Positions 1 to 9,992 of a DNA stretch of 64,000 nt are shown here, in pieces. Positions within the stretch are counted from its first letter, which is position 1. Every line of letters begins with the position of its first letter. Source of the DNA: Angustibacter luteus (GTDB lineage: Bacteria; Actinomycetota; Actinomycetes; Actinomycetales; Angustibacteraceae); NCBI RefSeq assembly GCF_039541115.1, contig NZ_BAABFP010000002.1, positions 1,054,001 through 1,118,000 on the forward strand, written 5' to 3'. A model generated the notes under the pieces. The model saw only the letters and a list, made by a program, of their open reading frames with translations, had not been told where the DNA came from and searched no databases. Position numbers and translations under genes: made by a program.

Positions 1-242
1 CGCTCGACCCCGAGCTGGTCGGCGAGGTGCTCGCGATGCTGCGCGACCTCAAGGACGACGGCATGACCATGCTGATGGCGACGCACGAGATGTCGTTCGC
101 CCGCGACGTCGCGGACCAGGTGGTCTTCCTGGACGGCGGGCAGGTCTGCGAGTCCGGCCCGCCCGAGCAGGTGTTCGGCGACCCGCGCGAGGTACGCACC
201 CAGCAGTTCCTGCGCCGCGTCGTGGACGCCGGCCGGCTCTAG
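1..242 (+). CDS. Amino acid ABC transporter ATP-binding protein (GlnQ-like), 3' part only
   Basis: ALDPELVGEVL D-loop, ATHEMSFARDVAD H-loop and typical polar amino acid ABC C-terminus; runs off the left edge. Confidence 0.9.
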   Translation, partial: LDPELVGEVLAMLRDLKDDGMTMLMATHEMSFARDVADQVVFLDGGQVCESGPPEQVFGDPREVRTQQFLRRVVDAGRL

Positions 243-964
243 CCGCGGCGCGCGACGAACACGAGCTCCTTGCCGGGGCGGTCCGGCGCCTCACGCACCT
301 CGACGACCCGAAACCCGTGTCCCGCTAGGTCGTCCTCGATCTCCTGGGGCTCCCGGAAGCGCAGGGTCGACGCGGAGGTCACCTGCTCACCGGCGACGAC
401 CGTGGTCGACTCGAACGTGACCAACGGCGGCTCCACCGCGATCACCGTGCGCGAGACGACCGTTCGCTCGCCCGACGGCAGCACCACGGACGTCGGGGCG
501 ATGTCCCAGTGCTCCCAGTCGCGGGCCTGCGGCCTGCGCGTCTCGAAGACGAACCAGCCCTCGTTACGCAGGCACCCCCGCACCGAGTCCAGGGTCGCGG
601 ACCAGTCCGCGTCGTCGACGAACACCTGGGCCACGTTGCCCGTCATCACGGCCAGGTCGGCCCCGACGGGCCGCCCATCGAGGACGGTGGCATCACCATG
701 CACCCACTCGACCTGGTCGGCGTGCGGCTTCGACCGCGCCACCTCGAGCGACGCCAGGGCCGGATCGACCCCGATGACGCGCAGGCCGAGTGCAGCGAGC
801 CGTACAGCCAGAGACCCTGTGCCGCACCCGATGTCGACGACGGTCCTGGCACCGACCTCGTCCACGATGGCCTCGTACGCGTCGAGGTCGCGGCGGTCGT
901 CGTCGAAGACGTCGTACAGGACGGCAAGGCGGGGGTCGGCGAAGGCCGTGTCCGGTGGGCGCAC
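239..964 (-). CDS. Class I SAM-dependent methyltransferase
   Basis: VVDIGCGTG motif I, GVDP, HGDA; GTG at 964 chosen because TACGTT-like TACGGT -10 lies 7 nt upstream. Confidence 0.85.
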   Translation of the reverse strand: MRPPDTAFADPRLAVLYDVFDDDRRDLDAYEAIVDEVGARTVVDIGCGTGSLAVRLAALGLRVIGVDPALASLEVARSKPHADQVEWVHGDATVLDGRPVGADLAVMTGNVAQVFVDDADWSATLDSVRGCLRNEGWFVFETRRPQARDWEHWDIAPTSVVLPSGERTVVSRTVIAVEPPLVTFESTTVVAGEQVTSASTLRFREPQEIEDDLAGHGFRVVEVREAPDRPGKELVFVARRG

Positions 965-1027
965 GCGGACGACCGTACGCCCGTGGGGCGAGGAGCCGCC
1001 GGACGGTCCGGCCGCCATACTGGAGTG

Positions 1028-1360
1028 ATGGCGTACGACGAGCGCTTGGCCGAGCGGATCCGCCAGGCCGTCGCGGGTGAGCCGGGGCTGAGCGAGAAGG
1101 CGATGTTCGGCGGACTGGCCTTCCTGGTGCACGGCCACCTGGCGGTGAGCGCCAGCGGCCAGGGCGGCCTGCTGCTGCGGATCGACCCGGCCGATGCACC
1201 GGACCTGACCAGCCGCCCGCACGTGCGGCCGTTCGAGATGCGCGGCCGTGCGATGGACGGCTGGCTGCACGTGCAGCCCGAGGCGGTCGACGACGACGCG
1301 GACCTGCAGCAGTGGGTGGACGTCGGGCTCGCCTTCGCCCGCTCGCTCCCGCCGAAGTAG
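1028..1360 (+). CDS. TfoX/Sxy N-terminal domain family protein
   Basis: MAYDERLAERIR...EKAMFGGLAFLVHG...MRGRAMDGW...SLPPK is characteristic of this family. Confidence 0.85.
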   Translation: MAYDERLAERIRQAVAGEPGLSEKAMFGGLAFLVHGHLAVSASGQGGLLLRIDPADAPDLTSRPHVRPFEMRGRAMDGWLHVQPEAVDDDADLQQWVDVGLAFARSLPPK

Positions 1361-1366
1361 GCGCCG

Positions 1367-4300
1367 CTAGGGCTGGAACGCGACAGCGTCGACGTACGCG
1401 AAGGGCCGGCCCCTGGTCGCCAGGTTCTCGATCGTGACGTAGGGCTCGTTCCTCGAGCGGGTCGTCCGGGTGAGCACCACCTTGCGGCGGCCGACCGTGC
1501 GGGAGTACGTGTCCACGTAGATCGGGTACGCGTTGTCGACCCAGACCCGGACGCGGCCGCACGCCGGGCACGTGGTCATCACTGCCGAGACGTGACCCGC
1601 CCTGTTCTGGATCCGGAAGTAGACGGACGCACCCCGAGCCGAGGTCCGGTGCTGGGTCCCCAGGAAGGCACCCGCGACGCGTTGCGCCGTCCAGCTGCCG
1701 TAGTACCGGACGGCACCACCACCCCGCTGGGCGTCGTCGACCGGCACGCTCGCGTACGCCGAGGCCGACCACGGCCCCGTGGCGCCGCCGGGGGCCACCG
1801 CCCGGGCCTGCAGCTGCCAGGCGGGCTCCGGCCAGCCGAGGGTGTCGGCGTAGCGCCGGTAGTCGAACGTCGTGCGCGTTGCCGTGGTGGCGGGCAGGTA
1901 GCGCCAGGGGGCCGTGCCGACGACGGGGCCGCCGTCCCAGTAAGGACGGACCCGGACCTGGTAGGTCACGGGTGACCAGCTCGGCTGCGTCGTGGTGGTG
2001 CCCCAGCGGACCGGGAACGGGATGCCGGTCACGGCGGTCGCCGACACGGCCGGTGCGGTGATGGTGACCCTCGGCAGCACCCGGCGCAGGTTCACCGTGC
2101 CGGACGGCGGGGCGCCCGTCGCCGGATCGAGCACGGGCTGCCCGTTCACCGCCGTCGCCACCAGGCGCCACGTGTACGGGCTGTCCGCGGCCCAGGCGCC
2201 GCTGGACGAGCGACCGTCCCACCGCACAGTCCAACGACCGGCCGTCGACGTCCCCGGCACCGAGGCCACGAGCGTCGTCCCCCGACGCAGCTCCATCCGA
2301 ACCGAGGCCAGCGGGGCCGACGCCTCGCCCGCGGCCGACCACGTGTCGCTGCGGCCGTCCCCGTTGGGGGAGAACGCCGATGGCGGGACGGAGGAGTCCA
2401 CGAGGGCAGCGCCGACCGGTCGGCCGACCGCGGCGGCGGCGGGCGCCAGCCGGATCGCGCCGTCCGAGAGCCCGACCCAGGCGACCTTGCCGCCGGCCAG
2501 CTGCACCGACGCCTGACCCGGCAGCACGATGGCCCGGGCGACGTCCACCGGTCGAGGCTCGCTCGCCCGCAGGTCCATCAGCCGGACCGTCCCCTCGCGC
2601 GTCCCGGTCGGCGCGACCCAGGCGAGGACTCCGTCCTCGAGCTCGAGCGGTCGCGGACCGGCGGTACTGCCCGCCGGGTCGGGCAGGTCCTCGATGGCCG
2701 GCAGCTCCCGCCGCTCACCGGTCCGCAGCGACACGACCAGCAGGGGCCCCGAAGCTGGCTGCACCACTGCGGTGTCACCCCAGATCCCGACCCTCGCGGG
2801 GCAGTGCGTCGAGCACACCGCCGGCAGCACCGGCACGACGTTGCCGGCACCCACCCGTCGCCAGACCGCGCCGTCGTCGGTCGACCAGACGAAGCTGCGG
2901 CCGAACAGGGCGCCGGTCACCGCACCCAGCGCGTTCCCGTAGGACGTCCCGGCGAAGTCGCGCATCGCGCCGTTCACCAGGACCGTCCGGGCGGTCAGGT
3001 CGGGTACCGGTCCGGTCGCGCCACCGGCCGCGAACGAGCCGACCAGGACGGGAGAGGCGGGGGTGAGGTCGACGACGCTGACCTCAGGTCCCGCCCCCAC
3101 GAACGCCAACCGGCCCGAGGCGCCGGACAACGCCGACGTCTCGTCGGCTGCGGGAGACAGGGTCCGGACCTCGGCGCCGACCGCCCCGGACGCCGGCACC
3201 AGAACCGACGACACCGGCTGGTCGGCAGCTTGGTCGGCGGGTTGGGCGACCAGCCAGCTGGCGTTCGAACCGTCGAAGGCGAGTTCCCGCACCCGCTGCC
3301 ACGCGGGCCCCAGGTCGGCGACGCGGTCGCTGACCCCGCTCCGACTCACCCGGTAGACCTCCGCGGGCCGGCCCTGCGCGCCGACCGTCATCCAGTAGTC
3401 GGTCCCGTCCGAGGCCACCGACGTGGCCGGGAGGTCGCCGATCCGCACCGGTGGGAGGGTCCGGTCCAGGCCGGCGACGAAGCCGTGCCGGACGCCGGAC
3501 GCGTCCCGGCTGGTCCACGCCCAGGACACGTCGTCGACCGCGACGCTCTGCACGCCGGTACCCACGCTGCGAAAGACCGACGTCCCGCCCGTCTTCGGGC
3601 GGCGCGCCAGGTAGCTGGTCGTGGCTGAGTCGCGCCATACGACCGAGTGCTCCGTCACCCAGACCCGAGCCTCCGGTGCCAACCCGGAGGTGAGCGCCGT
3701 GGCCGTCGAGCCGTCGAACGGCAGCCAGACCAGGCGCGCCCTGCCACTGAAGTCCAGGACCGCCACGACCCCGGTCGCGTCGGCCGCGGCCGGCCCGCGC
3801 GCGTCCGTCGGCGGCTGCGGCGGCAGGGTCAGGTCGCCACCGAGCATGCTCGGCAGCGGGACTGACTCGGACGTGCCATCCAGGTGGTGGCGGACCACCG
3901 ACGCGCTGGCTGCGTCCCAGTCGACCCAGCCGTCCGGCGTCGCGGCGAGCATGGTGGCGCCCGCGATGCGCTCCACGAGACTCGCCGAACCCGTGGACAG
4001 GTCCGCCAGGACGACGGAGCCCGGAGCGCCGAGATCGACGACCGCCCGTCCCTCGGACGACCACACCCCACGCACCTGCGGGCAGGCCGCGCCGTCGTCC
4101 CAGATGTGCGAGGCCTGGTCGTGCTGCTGCCACGCGAGCCGCGGGCACCCCTTCACGTCGAGCACCTGGAGCAGGCGGTTGGCGGCCGACGCCGCCAGGA
4201 TCGGCGAGGGCACCGGGTCACTGTCCAACCGGCGGGGCACCACCTGGGTGCCCACCGGGTCGGCGACCGCCGTGGCCGCCGGCGGGTAGGGGGCGACGTC

Positions 4301-4390
4301 CGCCCGAGCAGACCGCACGGGGGTGGCCAGCGGGACCAGCACGACGCCCACGCCAGCCGCCACGACAGCGAGCACGGACGACCGGCGCAT
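1367..4390 (-). CDS. Large secreted protein with FlgD-like Ig domain
   Basis: N-terminal signal peptide (MRRSSVLAVVAAGVGVVLVPLA), beta-rich repeats, FSPNGDGRSDT and WDGR motifs; SD GGGGAG upstream. Confidence 0.75.
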   Translation of the reverse strand: MRRSSVLAVVAAGVGVVLVPLATPVRSARADVAPYPPAATAVADPVGTQVVPRRLDSDPVPSPILAASAANRLLQVLDVKGCPRLAWQQHDQASHIWDDGAACPQVRGVWSSEGRAVVDLGAPGSVVLADLSTGSASLVERIAGATMLAATPDGWVDWDAASASVVRHHLDGTSESVPLPSMLGGDLTLPPQPPTDARGPAAADATGVVAVLDFSGRARLVWLPFDGSTATALTSGLAPEARVWVTEHSVVWRDSATTSYLARRPKTGGTSVFRSVGTGVQSVAVDDVSWAWTSRDASGVRHGFVAGLDRTLPPVRIGDLPATSVASDGTDYWMTVGAQGRPAEVYRVSRSGVSDRVADLGPAWQRVRELAFDGSNASWLVAQPADQAADQPVSSVLVPASGAVGAEVRTLSPAADETSALSGASGRLAFVGAGPEVSVVDLTPASPVLVGSFAAGGATGPVPDLTARTVLVNGAMRDFAGTSYGNALGAVTGALFGRSFVWSTDDGAVWRRVGAGNVVPVLPAVCSTHCPARVGIWGDTAVVQPASGPLLVVSLRTGERRELPAIEDLPDPAGSTAGPRPLELEDGVLAWVAPTGTREGTVRLMDLRASEPRPVDVARAIVLPGQASVQLAGGKVAWVGLSDGAIRLAPAAAAVGRPVGAALVDSSVPPSAFSPNGDGRSDTWSAAGEASAPLASVRMELRRGTTLVASVPGTSTAGRWTVRWDGRSSSGAWAADSPYTWRLVATAVNGQPVLDPATGAPPSGTVNLRRVLPRVTITAPAVSATAVTGIPFPVRWGTTTTQPSWSPVTYQVRVRPYWDGGPVVGTAPWRYLPATTATRTTFDYRRYADTLGWPEPAWQLQARAVAPGGATGPWSASAYASVPVDDAQRGGGAVRYYGSWTAQRVAGAFLGTQHRTSARGASVYFRIQNRAGHVSAVMTTCPACGRVRVWVDNAYPIYVDTYSRTVGRRKVVLTRTTRSRNEPYVTIENLATRGRPFAYVDAVAFQP

Positions 4391-4505
4391 CGACTCTCCC
4401 CGACGCGGCGCCGGCCACCGTGGCCGCCCGGGTCGACGGAATCCTAGGGGGACGGCGCCGCCCTCAGAAGGGGTTCGGGTGGGTTCTTCGCCCGACCGGA
4501 CCCGC

Positions 4506-4874
4506 TCAGACCCAGCGCAGCAGGCCGCGCCGCCAGGCGTGCGCCAACCCGACGGCCAGCACGGCGAGGAAGACCCCCATCTCGACGAGCGTGCGCCAGC
4601 CGAAACCGGGCAGCGTGAGCACGGTCGCCCACGGCAGCAGGTACATCGCGTCCACCGCGAACACCACGTAGAGGTAGGCGTACAGGTAGTACCGGATGTT
4701 CGACTGCGCCCAGCCGTCGCCGACGGGGTCGACGCCGCACTCGTACGTCGTCAGCTTGCCGGGCGTGGGGGCCGTCGGCCGCAGCAGACGGGTGCCCTGG
4801 GTGCCGGCGAGGAACAGCGCGACGCCGGTCAGGACGACGAGTCCGACCACGGCGTACGGCGGCAGCTCCTGCAC
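4506..4874 (-). CDS. nuoA: NADH-quinone oxidoreductase subunit A, second orphan copy (NuoA2-like)
   Basis: KLTTYECGVDP loop, three TM segments, W-RGLLRW C-terminus. Confidence 0.9.
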   Translation of the reverse strand: MQELPPYAVVGLVVLTGVALFLAGTQGTRLLRPTAPTPGKLTTYECGVDPVGDGWAQSNIRYYLYAYLYVVFAVDAMYLLPWATVLTLPGFGWRTLVEMGVFLAVLAVGLAHAWRRGLLRWV

Positions 4875-4878
4875 GCCG

Positions 4879-5859
4879 TCACCCTAGCGAGTCGGTCGTC
4901 GGGCCGACGGTGGTCGGGCCGAACCGCACGAGCACCCGGACCACGGTGCCCTGGTCGGACGAGCGGACCTGCACCAGGTCGCACAGCTGGTTGGCGATCC
5001 ACACCCCGCGGCCGCCCTCGTGGTCGGTGCCCGGGGCCCGGCGTCCGATCATCGGGTCGCCGATGTGCCCGTCGTCCCGGACCTCGCACACCAGGTGCTC
5101 GTCCGTCCGCCAGATCCGCAGCACGCCGTGGTCGGCCCCGTGCCGGAGGCTGTTCGTGCTGAGCTCGGCAACGGCCAGCACCAGGTCATCGGTCCGCATG
5201 GGGGCCAGCCCGGCGGCGCGCGCGTAGGACCCGACCTGGCGGCGGAGGTCGACCAGGTCACCACTCGCGAACTCGCGGCACAGGTGCTCGGACGGCGGGT
5301 CGGGCAGCGATGCCGCGAACAGCTCGTCGACGAGGTCCGCTCCGCCGTACGCCTGACTGGTGCGGCGGCTGCCGCCCTCGATCACCGCGGGGTGGCTCTG
5401 TCGCGCCCCCTGCAGCGCGCCGTCGCCCAGCCGGGCCACGTCGTAGGGGCAGCGCAGCCACAGGGGCTCGTCAGGCCCGACGGCGACGTTGAGCAGTGCC
5501 TCGTGCAGCGCGCACTCGGCGAGCTCGGCGTCGGCCCGGCCGGACCAGATGGGCTCACCGACGCCGCGCACGGGGGTGCCGTGCGGGCCCTGCCGGTCCA
5601 GGAACTCACGCCACGCCGGGATGATCCGGGCCGGGTTGTCGCCGAGGTCGGTCATGTCCACGAGCTGCACGTCGCGGGCGTCGCTGCCGAGGGCGTCCGC
5701 GAGGCCCGCGAGGCGGGGGCGGGGCACCGCGACCAGGCACGGCTGCCCGAGCTCGAGCCCGTCCCGGACGAACCCCACGATGCCGTCGAGGAACTGCGAG
5801 TCGCCGGAGTAGAGCAGCGCCTCGTGCTGGTATCCGCTGTGTGCCCGCGTACCGCCCAC
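4879..5859 (-). CDS. MEDS domain + HATPase_c_2 anti-sigma factor (RsbA/PrsR-like)
   Basis: HEALLY...NPARIIPAW...VRGVGEPIW (MEDS); ELSTNSLRHG, EVRDDG, GGRGVWIANQLCD (RsbW-like). Confidence 0.85.
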   Translation of the reverse strand: MGGTRAHSGYQHEALLYSGDSQFLDGIVGFVRDGLELGQPCLVAVPRPRLAGLADALGSDARDVQLVDMTDLGDNPARIIPAWREFLDRQGPHGTPVRGVGEPIWSGRADAELAECALHEALLNVAVGPDEPLWLRCPYDVARLGDGALQGARQSHPAVIEGGSRRTSQAYGGADLVDELFAASLPDPPSEHLCREFASGDLVDLRRQVGSYARAAGLAPMRTDDLVLAVAELSTNSLRHGADHGVLRIWRTDEHLVCEVRDDGHIGDPMIGRRAPGTDHEGGRGVWIANQLCDLVQVRSSDQGTVVRVLVRFGPTTVGPTTDSLG

Positions 5860-6016
5860 TCCCTGCGCGAACGTCGTACCCCTGCGGCACGACACGTTAC
5901 TCCCGATCGGCCGCCATGGACCGAAACTTCTCCCGTCCAGATGCCGGTCAGACGAGCATCCGCATCGTGGGCGACCTACGATGGCGTAGGAAGCATGTTT
6001 CCGGTTCAGCGAGGCG

Positions 6017-7954
6017 ATGACGGCGCAGATGAAGCACCCCACGAGTGGCAAGCAGGTCCGCAAGCTCGATCGAGTGGTGATCCGTTTCGCTGGCGACTCC
6101 GGCGACGGCATGCAGCTCACCGGGGACCGGTTCACCTCCGAGACGGCGGCCCTGGGCAACGACCTGTCGACGCTGCCGAACTTCCCGGCCGAGATCCGCG
6201 CCCCGCAGGGCACCCTGCCCGGCGTCTCCAGCTTCCAGCTGCACTTCGCCGACCACGACGTCCTCAGCCCCGGTGACGCGCCGGACGTCCTGGTCGCGAT
6301 GAACCCGGCTGCCCTCAAGGCCAACATCCTGGACGTGCCACGCGGCGCCATGGTGCTGCTGGACACCGACGAGTTCACCAAGCGCAACCTGGCGAAGGTC
6401 GGCTACGCCGCCAACCCGCTGGACGACGGCTCGCTCGACTCGTACCACGTGCACGCCGTGGGGCTGACCTCGATCACCGTCGAGGCGCTGGCCGACTACG
6501 ACCTGACCCGCAAGGAGAAGGAACGGGCGAAGAACATGTTCGCCCTCGGGCTGCTGTCGTGGCTGTACGACCGGCCGACGGAGGGCACTGAGTCCTTCCT
6601 GCACGCCAAGTTCGCCAAGAAGCCGGAGATCCTCAAGGCCAACCTGGCCGCGCTGCACGCCGGCTGGAACTACGGCGAGACCACCGAGGACTTCGCGGTC
6701 CGCTACTCGATCGCGCCGGCGCCGATGCAGGCCGGGACGTACCGCAACATCACGGGGAACGCCGCGCTCGCGTTCGGCCTGGTGGTGGGCGCGCACCGGG
6801 TCGGTCGCCCGCTGGTGCTCGGCTCGTACCCCATCACCCCGGCGTCCGACGTCCTGCACGCGCTGTCCGGGCTGAAGCGCTTCGGCGTCACGACGTTGCA
6901 GGCCGAGGACGAGATCGCCGGCATCGGGGCGGCGCTCGGCGCGGCCTTCGGCGGCGCCGTCGGCGTGACCACGACGTCAGGCCCGGGCATCGCCCTGAAG
7001 TCCGAGACGATCGGCCTCGCGGTCTCGCTCGAGCTGCCCCTGGTGATCTGCGACGTCCAGCGCGGTGGCCCGTCGACCGGCCTGCCCACCAAGACCGAGC
7101 AGAGCGACCTGCTGCAGGCGATGTACGGCCGCAACGGTGAGGCGCCGGTCCCGATCGTGGCCCCGAGCTCGCCCGCGGACTGCTTCGACGCCGCGATCGA
7201 GGCGGTCCGGATCGCCACGACGTACCGCACGCCGGTGCTGCTGCTCTCGGACGGCTACCTGGCCAACGGTTCCGAGCCGTGGCGGATCCCGGACATCGAC
7301 GCGATCCCTGACATGACGGTCGAGCTGGCCACCTCACCGAACGCGACGGACGACGCCGGCAGGCCCGTGTTCCACCCCTACCTGCGCGACCCGCAGACGC
7401 TGGCTAGGCCGTGGGCCGTGCCGGGCACGCCGGGGCTGGAGCACCGGGTCGGCGGCATCGAGAAGGCCGACGTCACCGGGGACATCTCCTACGACCCCGC
7501 CAACCACGACCGCATGGTGCGCCTGCGCCAGGCCAAGGTCGACGGCATCGCCGACTCGGCGGGGCCGCTCGTGGTCGACGACCCCGCAGATGCGAGCGGC
7601 CGCACCGCCGACGTCCTGGTACTCGGTTGGGGCTCGACGTACGGGCCGATCTCGGCCGCCGTCCGCGAGGCCCGCGGCCGCGGCCTGCGGATCGCCCAGG
7701 CGCACCTGCGCCACCTCAACCCCATGCCCACCAACACCGGCGACGTGCTGCGCGCCTACCGTCGGGTGATCGTGCCCGAGATGAACCTCGGGCAGCTCTC
7801 CCTGCTGCTGCGCGGGCGGTTCCTGGTCGACGTGCAGGGCTACAACCAGGTGCGCGGGATGCCGTTCACGACGCACGAGCTGGTGGGCGTGCTGAGCTCG
7901 GCCGTCACCGAGCTCGCCGCCACCGACGCCCGCGAGCTGAAGGAGCAGGCATGA
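6017..7954 (+). CDS. korA: 2-oxoacid:ferredoxin oxidoreductase subunit alpha
   Basis: IRFAGDSGDG, YPITP, QAEDEIAG, TSGPG, QRGGPSTGLPTKTEQ. Confidence 0.95.
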   Translation: MTAQMKHPTSGKQVRKLDRVVIRFAGDSGDGMQLTGDRFTSETAALGNDLSTLPNFPAEIRAPQGTLPGVSSFQLHFADHDVLSPGDAPDVLVAMNPAALKANILDVPRGAMVLLDTDEFTKRNLAKVGYAANPLDDGSLDSYHVHAVGLTSITVEALADYDLTRKEKERAKNMFALGLLSWLYDRPTEGTESFLHAKFAKKPEILKANLAALHAGWNYGETTEDFAVRYSIAPAPMQAGTYRNITGNAALAFGLVVGAHRVGRPLVLGSYPITPASDVLHALSGLKRFGVTTLQAEDEIAGIGAALGAAFGGAVGVTTTSGPGIALKSETIGLAVSLELPLVICDVQRGGPSTGLPTKTEQSDLLQAMYGRNGEAPVPIVAPSSPADCFDAAIEAVRIATTYRTPVLLLSDGYLANGSEPWRIPDIDAIPDMTVELATSPNATDDAGRPVFHPYLRDPQTLARPWAVPGTPGLEHRVGGIEKADVTGDISYDPANHDRMVRLRQAKVDGIADSAGPLVVDDPADASGRTADVLVLGWGSTYGPISAAVREARGRGLRIAQAHLRHLNPMPTNTGDVLRAYRRVIVPEMNLGQLSLLLRGRFLVDVQGYNQVRGMPFTTHELVGVLSSAVTELAATDARELKEQA

Positions 7955-9045
7955 GCATCGACCTCGGCATGCCGGGCCGCACGTCCGGGTTGGCCGACGT
8001 GCCGACGTTGCCGGAAGGCGCTGCGGCACAGACGAAGAAGGAGTTCACCTCCGACCAGGAGGTGCGCTGGTGCCCGGGCTGCGGCGACTACGCGGTACTG
8101 GCCACGATGCAGGGCTTCCTGCCGGAGCTCGGCCTGCGTCGCGAGAACGTCGTGTTCATCTCGGGCATCGGCTGCTCCAGTCGCTTCCCGTACTACATGA
8201 ACACCTACGGCATGCACTCGATCCACGGCCGCGCGCCGGCCATCGCGACCGGGCTCGCCGTGTCACGGCCCGACCTGTCGATCTGGGTGGTGACGGGGGA
8301 CGGCGATGCGCTGTCCATCGGCGCCAACCACCTCGTGCACGCGTTGCGGCGCAACGTGAACCTGAAGATCCTGCTGTTCAACAACCGGATCTACGGGCTC
8401 ACCAAGGGGCAGTACTCCCCGACGTCCGAGCCGGGCACCGTCACCAAGTCGACGCCGGCCGGTTCGGTCGACAACCCGTTCAACCCGGTGTCGCTCGCCC
8501 TCGGCGCCGAGGCGACGTTCGTCGCGCGCACCCTGGACTCGGACCGCAAGCACCTCACCGAGGTTCTGCGCGCCGCCGCCCAGCACCGGGGCACCGCCCT
8601 GGTCGAGATCTACCAGAACTGCCCCATCTTCAACGACGGCGCGTTCGCGGTCCTCAAGGACCGCGACTCCGCCGAGGCCCGGCTCCTGCACCTGCGGCAC
8701 GGTGAGCCCCTGACCATCGGCGAGGGCGAGGGCCAGCAGGTCGTCATCCGCGGGCGGAACGGGCGCCTCGGCGTCGTGCCGGCCACCGAGGCCGACCCGG
8801 CGGACGTCGTCACGCACGACGCGCACGCCGACGACCCGACGCTCGCCTTCGCCATCTCGCGGCTGGACACCCCCGACATGGCGCACGTGCCGGTCGGGGT
8901 CTTCCGGGACGTCGACCGGGCCACGTACGACGACCTGGTGCGCGAGCAGGTCACCACCGCCAGTGCGGACGGCCCGCCGACCACCGAGGCGCTGCAGTCG
9001 CTCATCTCGGGCAACGACACGTGGACGGTCGGCGCCGGGGCGTGA
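7951..9045 (+). CDS. korB: 2-oxoacid:ferredoxin oxidoreductase subunit beta
   Basis: RWCPGCGD, SGIGCSSR, GDGD TPP motif, YGLTKGQYSPT; ATGA overlap with korA. Confidence 0.95.
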   Translation: MSIDLGMPGRTSGLADVPTLPEGAAAQTKKEFTSDQEVRWCPGCGDYAVLATMQGFLPELGLRRENVVFISGIGCSSRFPYYMNTYGMHSIHGRAPAIATGLAVSRPDLSIWVVTGDGDALSIGANHLVHALRRNVNLKILLFNNRIYGLTKGQYSPTSEPGTVTKSTPAGSVDNPFNPVSLALGAEATFVARTLDSDRKHLTEVLRAAAQHRGTALVEIYQNCPIFNDGAFAVLKDRDSAEARLLHLRHGEPLTIGEGEGQQVVIRGRNGRLGVVPATEADPADVVTHDAHADDPTLAFAISRLDTPDMAHVPVGVFRDVDRATYDDLVREQVTTASADGPPTTEALQSLISGNDTWTVGAGA

Positions 9046-9992
9046 GCAGTCCCGACCCCGACGACACCCGCGACGTCCGACTCGGCACGGCGTACGGCGC
9101 TGGCGCCTTCCTCCTGTGGGGCATCTTCCCGCTGTACTTCCACGCGCTCATCCCGGCCGGTGCCATCGAGATCGTCGTGCACCGCGTCGTCTGGTCCTTG
9201 CTGGTCTGCCTCGTCATCCTGGCCGTCACCCGGCAGGTCGGCTGGGTCCGGGCGATGCTGCGCAACCCCCGACAGGTCGCGTGGCTGGCCCTGGCGGCGT
9301 CCTGCATCGCCGTGAACTGGGGCGTGTACGTCTACGGGGTCAACAGCGGCCAGGCCGTCGAGGCCGCGCTCGGCTACTTCATCAACCCGCTGGTCACCGT
9401 CCTGCTCGGGGTCGTCGTGCTGCGTGAGCGGCTGCGCGGGCTGCAGTGGGCGGCCGTCGGCCTGGGGGCGGTCGCGGTCGTCGTCCTCACCGCCGGGTAC
9501 GGGCACCCGCCGTGGATCGCCCTCGCACTGGCGTTCTCGTTCGCGACCTACGGGCTGCTCAAGAAGCGCGTCGGGGTCAACGTCGGCGCGGTCGCCAGCC
9601 TGACGACCGAGACCGCGGTGCTCTTCCCGCTGGCCGCTGCGGCCATGGTCTGGCTCGAGGTCACCGGACGAGGCACGTTCACCGAGCAGGCTCCCGGGCA
9701 CTGGCTGCTGCTGGCCTCGACCGGCATCGTCACCGTCGTCCCGCTGCTGCTCTTCGCCTCCGGAGCGCGGCGGGTGCCACTGGTCACCATGGGCCTGCTG
9801 CAGTTCATCACCCCGGTGCTGCAGCTGATCTGCGGCGTGCTGGTCCTCGACGAGACCGTGCCACCCTCGCGATGGGTCGGCTTCGGGATCGTCTGGGCGG
9901 CGCTCGTCGTCCTGACCGTGGACGCCGTCCGTCAGTCCCGCCGCGCCTCGGCCCGCAAGGCGTCGGCCACCCCGATCATGATGCGGGCATAG
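9042..9992 (+). CDS. rarD: EamA family transporter RarD
   Basis: WGIFPLYF, HRVVWSL, ALGYFINPL, about 10 TM segments; GTGA overlap with korB. Confidence 0.9.
   Translation: MSSPDPDDTRDVRLGTAYGAGAFLLWGIFPLYFHALIPAGAIEIVVHRVVWSLLVCLVILAVTRQVGWVRAMLRNPRQVAWLALAASCIAVNWGVYVYGVNSGQAVEAALGYFINPLVTVLLGVVVLRERLRGLQWAAVGLGAVAVVVLTAGYGHPPWIALALAFSFATYGLLKKRVGVNVGAVASLTTETAVLFPLAAAAMVWLEVTGRGTFTEQAPGHWLLLASTGIVTVVPLLLFASGARRVPLVTMGLLQFITPVLQLICGVLVLDETVPPSRWVGFGIVWAALVVLTVDAVRQSRRASARKASATPIMMRA

Noticed and set aside
1028..1360. TfoX as evidence of a competence system
   Set aside because: Only the widespread stand-alone domain; no com or pilus genes nearby
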